Source of the DNA: a bacterium
GTDB lineage: Bacteria > Babelota > Babeliae > Babelales > JABCYS01
Reading direction: 5' to 3'
NCBI GenBank assembly: GCA_027452085.1
Contig: DAIDHG010000007.1
Span: 1-29,515 of the forward strand
Length of the DNA: 29,515 nt
Shown here: positions 17,118-26,065 of the stretch, piece after piece
Layout: every line of letters begins with the position of its first letter
Numbering within the stretch: position 1 is the stretch's first letter
The notes under the pieces: generated by a model
Told to the model about the DNA's origin: nothing
Database searches by the model: none
Seen by the model: only the letters and a program-made list of their open reading frames with translations
Made by a program: the position numbers and the translations under genes

Positions 17118-17849
17118 TCAGAAATTCGCTAATGTGACCACTGTCATTTGACGTTGTGGTGAATATGCATTTTTGCGAACACTGCAATATCCAGGAATGC
17201 ATACCGTACAATCTTTGTGTTTGTTAATCTTTTTCACGCCAAGAGATTGAAGTTGTAATGCCGCAAAAGTAGGCAAATCAAAATATAGGCGATCACCCTC
17301 TTTTCGAAACGCTTTTATTGCAAAAGGATATGCCGCAAACTCATGGGCAAATGGTGATTGTACCTCGTAGCAACAGCCATGCGCGCTTGGGCCAAAATGA
17401 AATTCCAAATCTGCGGCACAACTGCCAAATTCTTCCTGCGCACGCTCAATGGCTCGTCCAATAATATTCGAGCGAGCACCACGCCACCCGGCATGGATGG
17501 CACCAACAACACTTTTTACCGGATCAAACATCACCACCGGCAAGCAATCGGCGGTAGAAACGCCTAAACCGATACCCGGCACATTGGTTAATAAATAATC
17601 TGCTTCAACTACAAAAGATGGGGTTTTTTTGTGCGCAGCTGCTTGGGTCAGAACCAAGCCATCGGTGCCGTGCACTTGGTGCACAAAAACCAATTGCTTC
17701 AAACCAAGTTGTTTACCTACCGCGGCAAATGGCTCGTGGTTTAATAAGGTTTTTCCATGAAACAAGGCAGGTTCATAGCTGTTTTGTGTTGAGCCAAAAA
17801 ATAGTGTTTCTTTTATCACGTATGAATCCCGATACCTATTACTATACAT
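17118..17849 (-). CDS. pgeF: PgeF/YfiH family purine nucleoside phosphorylase (peptidoglycan editing factor)
   Basis: QVHG, TADCLPV, IHAGWRG, GPSAHGCCYEV, CTVC...SVR motifs. ATG at 17849 is preferred because the TTG at 17858 lies in the terminator tail. Confidence 0.9.
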   Translation of the reverse strand: MYSNRYRDSYVIKETLFFGSTQNSYEPALFHGKTLLNHEPFAAVGKQLGLKQLVFVHQVHGTDGLVLTQAAAHKKTPSFVVEADYLLTNVPGIGLGVSTADCLPVVMFDPVKSVVGAIHAGWRGARSNIIGRAIERAQEEFGSCAADLEFHFGPSAHGCCYEVQSPFAHEFAAYPFAIKAFRKEGDRLYFDLPTFAALQLQSLGVKKINKHKDCTVCIPGYCSVRKNAYSPQRQMTVVTLANF

Positions 17850-17856
17850 AGTATAC

Positions 17857-17897
17857 AAAAAAACTACCCAGCCTCTCTAAGAGAAACTGGGTAGTTT
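17857..17897 (-). terminator. Intrinsic terminator downstream of ftsZ
   Basis: The minus strand reads AAACTACCCAGTTTCTC-tta-GAGAGGCTGGGTAGTTT followed by TTTT, a stem with G-U pairs. Confidence 0.8.
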
Positions 17898-17921
17898 GTA
17901 TTTTTAGGTTTGTTGCTGGAT

Positions 17922-19088
17922 TTAGCGTAGTTGCTTTTCGACTTGTTGCTTGCGTAAGAATGTTGGCACATCCAAGTCATTTGCATCAACACGTTCAACC
18001 ACTGGTATCACATCTTCGCCTTGTTGAGCCTCAACTTTGCGAGATTCAGTGCGAACTTCTTCCTGCGCTACTGCTGGCACCACGTTTACCACCGGTGCCG
18101 CTGCCACTACTTTTGGAAGCTCCTCTGGCTTATTAAAACCAGTAGCAATCACGGTAACATTTACTTCGTCACCCATTTGATCATCAATCACTGAACCAAG
18201 GATGATGTTTGCATCAGCGTCAACTAAATCGTAAATCACCGAAGCTGCTTCGCTAATTTCATGTAAGCCGAGGTTGCGACCGCCAGAAATATTGAGAAGC
18301 ACACCTTTTGCACCAGCGATGCTCATATTCTCAAGCAATGGAGAGCTGATGGCCTGCTGTGCTGCTTGCTTGGCACGGTGCTCGCCCTTGGCTTTACCGG
18401 TACCTAACACCGCCATACCAGTGCCGCGCATGATTTCGCGCATATCGGCAAAATCAACGTTAATGTGGCCCGGCTTCATAATGATATCTGAAATACCTTT
18501 AACGGCTTGGTTTAACACATCGTTAATGCGTGAAAACGCATCGATCATTGACACTTCTTTATCAACCACATCAAGTAATTTTTGGTTTGGCAGCACGATT
18601 AGGGTATCAACTTCCTTTTTCATTACTTCGATTGCTTGATCAGCAACACGCAAACGACGCTTACCTTCAAAGATGAATGGCTTGGTTACCACTGCTACGG
18701 TGAGTATGCCTTTTGATTTGAGCGCGCGAGCAATTACCGGAGCCGCACCAGAACCAGTACCACCGCCCATGCCGGCTGCCACAAAAACAATATCAGCTTC
18801 GCCGATCGCTTCTAATACTTTATCTAAATCTTCTTCAGCTGCGCGGCGACCTAATTCCGGATTTGCGCCAGAGCCAAGACCTTTGGTTGATTTCACCCCA
18901 AGCTGAAGTTTGACTGGCGCTTTCGACATACGGATTGCTTGCGCATCTGTGTTGGCCACAATGAATTCGATGCCATCATAGAAAGCACTTTCAATCATAC
19001 TATTAATGGTATTACCGCCAGCACCACCGACACCAATTACTTTTATCGTTGCACCCAGTGGTACATTCTCTTTTTCAAAATCGATCAT
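17922..19088 (-). CDS. ftsZ: Cell division protein FtsZ
   Basis: IKVIGVGGAGGN, NTDAQA, tubulin signature GMGGGTGSGAAP, INVDFAD, and C-terminal core peptide LDVPTFLRK. AGGAG RBS. Confidence 0.99.
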   Translation of the reverse strand: MIDFEKENVPLGATIKVIGVGGAGGNTINSMIESAFYDGIEFIVANTDAQAIRMSKAPVKLQLGVKSTKGLGSGANPELGRRAAEEDLDKVLEAIGEADIVFVAAGMGGGTGSGAAPVIARALKSKGILTVAVVTKPFIFEGKRRLRVADQAIEVMKKEVDTLIVLPNQKLLDVVDKEVSMIDAFSRINDVLNQAVKGISDIIMKPGHINVDFADMREIMRGTGMAVLGTGKAKGEHRAKQAAQQAISSPLLENMSIAGAKGVLLNISGGRNLGLHEISEAASVIYDLVDADANIILGSVIDDQMGDEVNVTVIATGFNKPEELPKVVAAAPVVNVVPAVAQEEVRTESRKVEAQQGEDVIPVVERVDANDLDVPTFLRKQQVEKQLR

Positions 19089-19250
19089 AATACTCTCCTA
19101 AAAATACATATCTTATTTTGTTATGACCTCAGTGTAGGAAGGGTCGCTTTTGTTAGTCAACAGAATATCTGCGTTCATCAAAAATTTATTATTCCTGAGA
19201 GCTTTTTAAACACAAAAAAAGACACAATTCATGATGGGTTTTTGATTTAC

Positions 19251-19967
19251 CTATTTACCGTGTGGCTGATATCTCATAGGCTTTTTTTTTAAAGCTTCGT
19301 GAATAGTTGGATTTTTTTCGATAACCGTTTGTCTTTGCGGCATTTTAATTACAGGCATTTGAGGTACTGCTCGTGGCGCGTGTGCCCGATTGGGTAGTGT
19401 TGTGGGCCCAGATGCTTTGGGTGTTGCTGGAGCAATAACGGTTGTTGGTTTTTGTGCTATAGGAGCCGCCGTTTTTGCTGACACTGGCTTTGTAATCCCT
19501 GGCACTGGAACCGCCTTCCCTTTTGACAGCCCTTTTTTCATCTGGGCTTCTAAGCTAGCCCAGTATTCTGCCGCATGTTTTTTTCGCGCAGCTTCTTGCG
19601 CTGGAGTTTCTCTTTTCTCAGATGGCGCATAAAATCTGCCGCCGGCTTGTTTATCGGCTATCATTGCGGCTTGACCAATGGTAATAGGTCGCTGCGAATA
19701 ACCGACCGTAATTTCGGTTCCCGGGGGCGGATTTTCACCATGTTTATTGATAAAGCGCGTCGCTGCCTCTGCTACCATTTGTTCGTCGGTCATCCGCTTA
19801 TACCCCAGATTGCGCAGATGCTTTTGCCTTTCCTCGTTTGAAACTTGATAGTAGTTCTGTTGCACTTCGCTTGTATACCGATCAGAACCACCACCAGTCT
19901 CAATATCAGCAAAAGCAGATTGCAAAGAAGCAAGAATAATTACCAATGGTAGATATGTGCGCTTCAT
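19251..19967 (-). CDS. Hypothetical secreted protein between ftsA and ftsZ
   Basis: Signal peptide MKRTYLPLVIILASLQSAFA; starts 8 bp after the ftsA stop; Pro/Ala/Lys-rich C-terminal half. Confidence 0.75.
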   Translation of the reverse strand: MKRTYLPLVIILASLQSAFADIETGGGSDRYTSEVQQNYYQVSNEERQKHLRNLGYKRMTDEQMVAEAATRFINKHGENPPPGTEITVGYSQRPITIGQAAMIADKQAGGRFYAPSEKRETPAQEAARKKHAAEYWASLEAQMKKGLSKGKAVPVPGITKPVSAKTAAPIAQKPTTVIAPATPKASGPTTLPNRAHAPRAVPQMPVIKMPQRQTVIEKNPTIHEALKKKPMRYQPHGK

Positions 19968-19975
19968 AGCTTTCT

Positions 19976-21208
19976 CTAAAAGAAGTCAGCAACCCATGAT
20001 TTCATGCGATCAAACACACGGGTCATCATAGGTTCTTCATGATTTACCTTCATACCAGTTTGTTTCTTGATCGCATGGAGTAAAAGACCATACGCGGTTG
20101 CGTAAATAGGCGAATTGAGTGTCTCTGGCAAAGAATAATAGCTGCGTGGAACGCCGACACGAACCGACACACCAAAGATTTTTTGCGCTACTTCTTTCAT
20201 ACCGCGTAACAGCGAACCGCCCCCGGTGAGCACGAGCCCTGCGCGCATATACGATTGCAGATGATATTTTTCAACTTCTTCATGTACCAAATACAACAAC
20301 TCTTCTGCGCGTGGCGCGATCACCGAAACGAGATCTTGTAATAGTACAATACGGCGCTCGGCCCCCTGCACCATTTCAACTTCAATCAGATCATCTTCAG
20401 ACAACATTTCCATACAAGCCAGACCATATTCACGCTTAATACGCTCCGCTTCTTTAATCGTTGTGCGCAAGCCAACGGCAATATCAGTAGTAAAGTGTGT
20501 ACCAGCCATGGGCAATACCATCGTGTGGCGAATATTTCCCTGCTGATATAAGGCAAAATCAGATGTGCCGCCACCGATATCTAAAACACCAACGCCGAGC
20601 TCTTGCTCATCCTGATTCAATACGGCATCGGCGGATGCAAGTTGTTCAAGAATAATATCGGCAACTTGAACACCAGCCATTTGCACACATTTGACCAAGT
20701 TTTGCACGGAGGCAATACCGCCCGTCACGATATGCACTTGTGACTCAAGGCGAATACCGTACATCCCGATAGGATCTTTTACCCGCGTCTGGCCGTCGAT
20801 TACAAAATATTGCGGCAGCACGTGAAGTAATTGTTGACCTTCTGGAATTGGAATTGCTTGGGCCGCTGCAATAACCGCAGCCACATCATCCGCTCTCACT
20901 TCACCTTTACGAATAGGCACAACCCCGTGCGAGTTCATCGAGCGAATATGGGCACCAGAAATGCCAATATGCGCAGACTCAATAGGGAATCCCGCCATAA
21001 GTTCTGCTTCTTTAACGGCCTCTTTAATCGAATGCACCGTTTTGGCAATGTCAACGACAACGCCTTTACTTAATCCATCAGACGGCGCCTTACCCACACC
21101 AAGTATTTCTAAACTTTCTCCAGTCAAATGATGCGCAATAATCACTACAATTTTTGTAGTGCCCACATCAATTGATACCCATATTTTATCGCTCGTTACG
21201 CTAGCCAT
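19976..21208 (-). CDS. ftsA: Cell division protein FtsA
   Basis: SIDVGTTKI, GLSKGVVVDI, VLDIGGGTSD, GLVLTGGGSLL, YATAYGLL, and C-terminal amphipathic helix RVFDRMKSWVADFF. Start moved to ATG 21208 (GGGAGAG RBS). Confidence 0.98.
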   Translation of the reverse strand: MASVTSDKIWVSIDVGTTKIVVIIAHHLTGESLEILGVGKAPSDGLSKGVVVDIAKTVHSIKEAVKEAELMAGFPIESAHIGISGAHIRSMNSHGVVPIRKGEVRADDVAAVIAAAQAIPIPEGQQLLHVLPQYFVIDGQTRVKDPIGMYGIRLESQVHIVTGGIASVQNLVKCVQMAGVQVADIILEQLASADAVLNQDEQELGVGVLDIGGGTSDFALYQQGNIRHTMVLPMAGTHFTTDIAVGLRTTIKEAERIKREYGLACMEMLSEDDLIEVEMVQGAERRIVLLQDLVSVIAPRAEELLYLVHEEVEKYHLQSYMRAGLVLTGGGSLLRGMKEVAQKIFGVSVRVGVPRSYYSLPETLNSPIYATAYGLLLHAIKKQTGMKVNHEEPMMTRVFDRMKSWVADFF

Positions 21209-21914
21209 GATACTCTCCCAAACTTGCCCCTTGAACCTGTTGTCCGCCCACTTTGAGCCTGTCCAAGGAACCAACCTTTTTTAAATTTTGCATGTTTCCA
21301 AAAGCAACTACTTGTTTTTCAAATCGTACATCAAACTTATCTGCAGGATGTTGAAGCCAAACCTTACGTACTGCTTCAAGAAATTTTGAAGTTTCTTTTA
21401 ATTGTTCGCTGGTGCAAACCATAGAAACTTCTGGTTCGATCAGTTGAAATTCAATACGTGATGGCCTCATCCAGGTAACGGTTCCAGCAGACCAGGTTGC
21501 AGCATCTGCATTCTGCACACACGCAACCAGTTGCTCAGTTCCCATCCGATCAATCTGTGGCACCTGCAACATAGGCAACGTTTGCAGGATAGATTCATGG
21601 TAGGAATGAGCAGATATAACGCTTCCGTTTTCTGCAAGGAGGTTATCGGTATTAATTTTGGCAATCGGATGCCAACTTTGGATGACCATCTCGTGTCGAT
21701 CAGGATGTGCGCTACTTTTTACCAAGCGAATAGATGGATATTTTTCAGTCAAACATTGCGCAAAAGCACTATCGCGAGCAATCGCATCCTGTTCAGACGC
21801 GGATAAATAGGCATCAAAATGAAGAACACGCGGCATCAATGCATGTCTATGCATAGACCATGCGTAGCCACCGAGGAGTAGAGACGCGAAAATAAAGACG
21901 CTGCCCAGCTTCAT
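21201..21914 (-). CDS. Highly divergent FtsQ/DivIB-like protein
   Basis: Lies immediately upstream of ftsA and overlaps it by 8 bp. Single N-terminal TM helix; 'VIQSWHPIAKINTDNLLAENGSVI' and 'KFDVRFEKQVV' resemble FtsQ beta-domain motifs. Start moved to ATG 21914 (AAGGAA RBS). Confidence 0.6.
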   Translation of the reverse strand: MKLGSVFIFASLLLGGYAWSMHRHALMPRVLHFDAYLSASEQDAIARDSAFAQCLTEKYPSIRLVKSSAHPDRHEMVIQSWHPIAKINTDNLLAENGSVISAHSYHESILQTLPMLQVPQIDRMGTEQLVACVQNADAATWSAGTVTWMRPSRIEFQLIEPEVSMVCTSEQLKETSKFLEAVRKVWLQHPADKFDVRFEKQVVAFGNMQNLKKVGSLDRLKVGGQQVQGASLGEYHG

Positions 21915-22026
21915 CAAATTCCTTTTTTTTAATAAGCAATCGGGGCCAGCCCCGTTACCTATCTCTTTAATAACTTTTTTCAGGCTCAAACGTCAATAAA
22001 TAAAACGATAAAAGGGGTTTTTGCTA

Positions 22027-22767
22027 TTAAAGCCGCTTACATTGCGTTGCAACGTAGAACAGAATAATACCAGCCGCAACTGACGCATTATATGAAATAT
22101 CAGTTGCCTTTTGTGGCAAAATAATCGGTGTACCAAGGGCAATAAGCTCGCGAGAAATGCCAGCACCCTCACTGCCGATAACCACGCACAACGGCTCTTG
22201 GTAAGCAACGTTTAAGGCATTCTGACTTTTTTGATGCAAAGCCGTCAGATAGAGATGATAGCCTTGCTGATTAAGAGACTGAGCCCCCGATATTGCCGAC
22301 GGCACAAACAAAATTTCTAAATGTTCAGCTAACCCTGCCGATGATTTTAATGCAACGGCATTGAGCGGCGCCGCATTACGCTGGGAGATGATCACCCCAT
22401 CGACATTGGTGCAATAGGCAGTACGTAAAATGGCGCCAAGATTTCGCGGGTCTTGGATACCATCGAGCAGCAAAAGAAATTTATCTTTGGCCGGGTCAAA
22501 TTGTTTCTTGCGAAAACCAAATGGGGCTGCAAAGCCAACGACGCCCTGATGATCAGTCGTCTGTGCAATATTGGCAAGCGCATCACGCGTTACATACTGC
22601 ACTTCGGTATATGGCGCAAGCCGTTTGGCTATGTCAGGCCATGCCTTGGGTTCGGGTTTTGTGGTATAGATCGTAAATAATTTTCGACGCTTTGCCTTGA
22701 GCAGTTCGATAATAGGATGAATGCCGTAGACAAGTTCGGTATCTAATTGTTTCTTCATGGGAGCCAT
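22027..22767 (-). CDS. rlmB: 23S rRNA (Gm2251) 2'-O-methyltransferase, TrmH/SpoU family
   Basis: VYGIHPIIELL, HQGVV, LDGIQDPRNLGAILRTA, VIGSEGAGI, SYNASVAAGI. The start is uncertain (22767, 22758 or 22788). Confidence 0.9.
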   Translation of the reverse strand: MAPMKKQLDTELVYGIHPIIELLKAKRRKLFTIYTTKPEPKAWPDIAKRLAPYTEVQYVTRDALANIAQTTDHQGVVGFAAPFGFRKKQFDPAKDKFLLLLDGIQDPRNLGAILRTAYCTNVDGVIISQRNAAPLNAVALKSSAGLAEHLEILFVPSAISGAQSLNQQGYHLYLTALHQKSQNALNVAYQEPLCVVIGSEGAGISRELIALGTPIILPQKATDISYNASVAAGIILFYVATQCKRL

Positions 22768-22819
22768 TCTAGCGTTTTTACGCGGCACAGGCTATCTTTA
22801 TCCAGCCATTTGGAGTGCC

Positions 22820-24007
22820 ATGCAAGAGTTAGACCGAAAAAAAATTAATCCAATCACCCGTTTCCCCATCGACGCCGAGCAAAACACACTCGCGGATTCT
22901 TGGATTGAACTGAGCGCCCAGGCGCTTAATCATAACATTGCCACCTACCGCGCACTGGCCCCGTCGCACACAAAACTTGCCGCTGCTGTTAAAGGCAATG
23001 CCTATGGTCACGGCATGATCCCAGTGGCCGCCGTCTTAGACGACCATCCGGCTATTGACTGGTTGTGCACGGCAAGCGTGAGTGAAGCATTAACCTTGCG
23101 TGAGCATGGTATAAAAAAACCAATCATCGTATTGAGTTATCATGATGTATCAGTTGCCGATGCCATTGCCAACGGTATTGACCTGGTTGCCTATGATTTA
23201 GAAAGTGCGCTAGCGATCTCGCGGGCTGCTCAAAACCTGGGTAAAACTGCCAACATACACATCAAACTCGATACCGGCCTTTCTCGCTTGGGCATCCGCG
23301 TTGAGCCAGATACAGTCGATACAACAGTTGCGCTCATAAAACAGATTGAACTATTGCCAGCACTTTCCGTGCGCGCTTTATTTTCACATTTTGCTGATGC
23401 AGAAAGCGATGATCACTCATTTGTGCAGTACCAACAGTCGTTGTTCAATGCAGTGTCATCTCATTTCAAAACTGCCACACATTTTTCCTGCACAGCAGCC
23501 ATCGGCACTATTTCCATAGAGCAATCAGATATTGCACGCTTTGGAATCGGGCTGTATGGGCTGTGGCCGTCGCGAGAAAATCAGACGGCAATAACCTCTC
23601 TTGGCCATAATCTGAAACCAATCCTGCAATGGAAAACCCGCGTTATTCAACTCAAGCAGATAGCAAGCGGCAGCACCATAGGGTATGATCGCACGCATAC
23701 CGTTGCACGCGCTTCAACCATTGCGATTTTGCCCGTTGGTTATGCAGATGGTATTGATCGCAAACTCTCAAATCGAGGTCACGTGGTCATTCAAGGGCAG
23801 GCGGCACCAATCATTGGGCGCGTGTCGATGAACATGACCATTGTCGATGTTACGGATATACCACACATCAAAACAGGTGATGAAGTTTTATTGCTTGGTG
23901 ATCATGCAGCGGTGCACCCCGATACGGTAGCGCGCCATATTGGCACCATTAACTACGAAGTGGTAACGCGCATTTCTCCGCTGATTTCTCGTCACCTCGT
24001 CGCATAA
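22820..24007 (+). CDS. alr: Alanine racemase
   Basis: AVKGNAYGHG (PLP lysine), HIKLDTGLSRLG, SHFADA, RFGIGLYG, IGYDRT, PVGYADG, GTINYE. ATG 22820 has a GGAG RBS and avoids overlap with rlmB. Confidence 0.96.
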   Translation: MQELDRKKINPITRFPIDAEQNTLADSWIELSAQALNHNIATYRALAPSHTKLAAAVKGNAYGHGMIPVAAVLDDHPAIDWLCTASVSEALTLREHGIKKPIIVLSYHDVSVADAIANGIDLVAYDLESALAISRAAQNLGKTANIHIKLDTGLSRLGIRVEPDTVDTTVALIKQIELLPALSVRALFSHFADAESDDHSFVQYQQSLFNAVSSHFKTATHFSCTAAIGTISIEQSDIARFGIGLYGLWPSRENQTAITSLGHNLKPILQWKTRVIQLKQIASGSTIGYDRTHTVARASTIAILPVGYADGIDRKLSNRGHVVIQGQAAPIIGRVSMNMTIVDVTDIPHIKTGDEVLLLGDHAAVHPDTVARHIGTINYEVVTRISPLISRHLVA

Positions 24008-24069
24008 TCTTGCGCACGCATCGGCGCGCGCGTTATGTTGTAAGCGATACCGATACGAGGAGTTTCGCA

Positions 24070-24498
24070 ATGCAAAAAAAATTACTATTTTTTGTTCTCA
24101 TGCTCGGTGCGACCAAAGCAGCGCCGAATACACAACCACCACCGACAGAATTTATAAAAAATAAACATGCGAGTGCGCTTCTTTTCCCATTTTTTGCAGC
24201 TTCTGCGTATTACTTTTTTGATGAAGCAAGCAACTCATTTGATGAGGCAAAAAATGCCATCCGTTCAGTTTGGAATGCTTCCATGCAAAAACGAAGTGGA
24301 TCATGGCTTGCAAAGACCGCAGAATCTATCAGCAAAAAGATCGTGCGACGACGAACCCGCCAAGAACTTTGGTACAAAGAACTTGATAAACAAACCTATT
24401 ACCTGGTTGGCGCAATAGGCATGAGCATTATTACCTGGGCGCTGCGCACCCATTTTCCACAGGCAAAAAAAGTATTGTATATCGGGGAGAAGGGATGA
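24070..24498 (+). CDS. Small signal-peptide membrane protein, unknown function
   Basis: GAGGAG RBS before ATG 24070; MQKKLLFFVLMLGATKA; two further hydrophobic segments. Confidence 0.7.
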   Translation: MQKKLLFFVLMLGATKAAPNTQPPPTEFIKNKHASALLFPFFAASAYYFFDEASNSFDEAKNAIRSVWNASMQKRSGSWLAKTAESISKKIVRRRTRQELWYKELDKQTYYLVGAIGMSIITWALRTHFPQAKKVLYIGEKG

Positions 24499-24926
24499 AG
24501 ACCCTACAAAAAAAATTGATTCTATACAGCTTATTTCTATCGCTGACATATGCACCGTTGCTTGCCGAAGAAAAACAAAAAGCGAAAAACAAACAATCTG
24601 ATGCGGCGGTGGCCCTATACCAATCAGCATATTATGCCGCCAATGTTTCATTGGCATTCTTCGCGCTGGGGCAATCAAGCTATCATCTGGGGAATTTACT
24701 CAGCGGTTGCTGGCTTGAACAACAATTTAAAGATTCTGCTGGCTATAAACAGTCGGTCCGTTTCGGCGTGGGCATGGTAGGCACAAGCCTCTTGCTCGCA
24801 ATCGCCAACGGCCTCAGTCATTTTGGCTATTCAACACTTGCCGGGCAAATTGATAGTGGGCTTGCCCAAACAGAAGATACCGTTGATAGTACAGCACAAG
24901 CTCAGCAAAGCGCATCCATATCCTAA
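24495..24926 (+). CDS. Small signal-peptide membrane protein, probable distant paralog of the upstream gene
   Basis: ATGA overlap with the upstream gene; signal peptide and two hydrophobic segments; shared short motifs in the same order. Confidence 0.7.
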   Translation: MKTLQKKLILYSLFLSLTYAPLLAEEKQKAKNKQSDAAVALYQSAYYAANVSLAFFALGQSSYHLGNLLSGCWLEQQFKDSAGYKQSVRFGVGMVGTSLLLAIANGLSHFGYSTLAGQIDSGLAQTEDTVDSTAQAQQSASIS

Positions 24927-25816
24927 ACGACATCTTTTTTAAGCTGGGATTGTTTGGAGACATCAGACATTTCGGCGCGATAAAAAAGATATAAACCAAT
25001 TGTTATCATCACGCCTGAAATAAGTAGAAGTGCCGTAATCCTCTCGCCTAAAAACAGCCAACCATAAAGAGCCGCGAAACAGGGCATTAACGTGCCGGCA
25101 AACGAAAGCAAAGTTGGGCTATAACTCTTTAACAGCAAACTATACAGCAATGCACTCAGGGCAGTGCTTAGTACCAAGGCACACACCATGCCGGCCACAA
25201 AGGCATTGAGCTGCATATCACACTGCTCGATATAGACGCTGAATGGTATCGCTGCCAAGCCAGCGAGCAGCTGTGTCACCCCAGTTACAAATGCTGGGGC
25301 ATACCCTATTTGCACCAGCTCTTTGACCATGAGCCAGCCATAGGCATATCCAGCCACGGTAAAGAACGTAATAATAAGCGGGACAACAGAGACAGTAGCC
25401 AATGAGCTACTCGCCTCCATAACGCAGGGGATAAGCCCGAGACAGCCAATACCAATGGCAACTAATTTTTTAGGCGACAGTCGCTCACCAAAAAGCACAA
25501 AGGCCAAAATTGCCGTAATGAATGGCACTGCATTGAAGAACATAGAGCTAATTGCTGATGAGAGCACCTGAGCAGTGATGGCACCGCCACAAAAGCTGAC
25601 AAAAAAGCCAAGAAAACTTGCTGCCGCAAAGAGTCGTTTATGGCCGCGTGCGACAGGTTTCCACTGGTCGTTTGCATAGGCCAAACTAAACGATACGCCG
25701 GCACTGAGCAAAAGACGTATCATGACAAAAGTAAACGGGGAAATGGCGCCAACAAGGATTTTTGAAAATGTAAATCCACTGGCGCCAATTGCATTTTGTG
25801 TAAAGATCAAATACAT
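24923..25816 (-). CDS. DMT/EamA family transporter
   Basis: About 10 TM helices in two repeats: SPFTFVMIRLL, PFITAILAFVLFGERL, PCFAALYGWLFLGERIT. Confidence 0.9.
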   Translation of the reverse strand: MYLIFTQNAIGASGFTFSKILVGAISPFTFVMIRLLLSAGVSFSLAYANDQWKPVARGHKRLFAAASFLGFFVSFCGGAITAQVLSSAISSMFFNAVPFITAILAFVLFGERLSPKKLVAIGIGCLGLIPCVMEASSSLATVSVVPLIITFFTVAGYAYGWLMVKELVQIGYAPAFVTGVTQLLAGLAAIPFSVYIEQCDMQLNAFVAGMVCALVLSTALSALLYSLLLKSYSPTLLSFAGTLMPCFAALYGWLFLGERITALLLISGVMITIGLYLFYRAEMSDVSKQSQLKKDVV

Positions 25817-25822
25817 AAAAAA

Positions 25823-26032
25823 TTAGTTCTTGCTTGACCCTTTGCCATCTTTAAATTTATGCCGTCTACGGGTTACCTTTTTCTTTGCCGTGCGTACCTT
25901 TTTTACCAGCACATTCGGCTCATTCTCGTAGCGATACAAATTATCCCAAACCTTTTCACTGGTAGCGCCTTTTCGTCTGCGTTTGGTAATTGGCATTGGC
26001 TCTTTGGTTATCTTAATTCTTTTGGTCGCCAT
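25823..26032 (-). CDS. Small, very basic protein (69 aa)
   Basis: Strong AAGGGAG RBS; fills the namZ-EamA gap; 24 of 69 residues are K or R. Confidence 0.7.
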   Translation of the reverse strand: MATKRIKITKEPMPITKRRRKGATSEKVWDNLYRYENEPNVLVKKVRTAKKKVTRRRHKFKDGKGSSKN

Positions 26033-26065
26033 AATCTTACTCCCTTTTAGAAATAAACAAAAAAA

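Noticed and set aside
21941..21954. Short GC hairpin CGGGG-CCAG-CCCCG upstream of the ftsQ-like gene
   Set aside because: The stem is only 5 bp with no adjacent U-tract on the coding strand, which is too little to call a terminator or riboswitch.
22757..22819. Apparent head-to-head overlap of the alr and rlmB ORFs
   Set aside because: It disappears with the RBS-supported alr start at 22820 and an rlmB start at 22767 or 22758.
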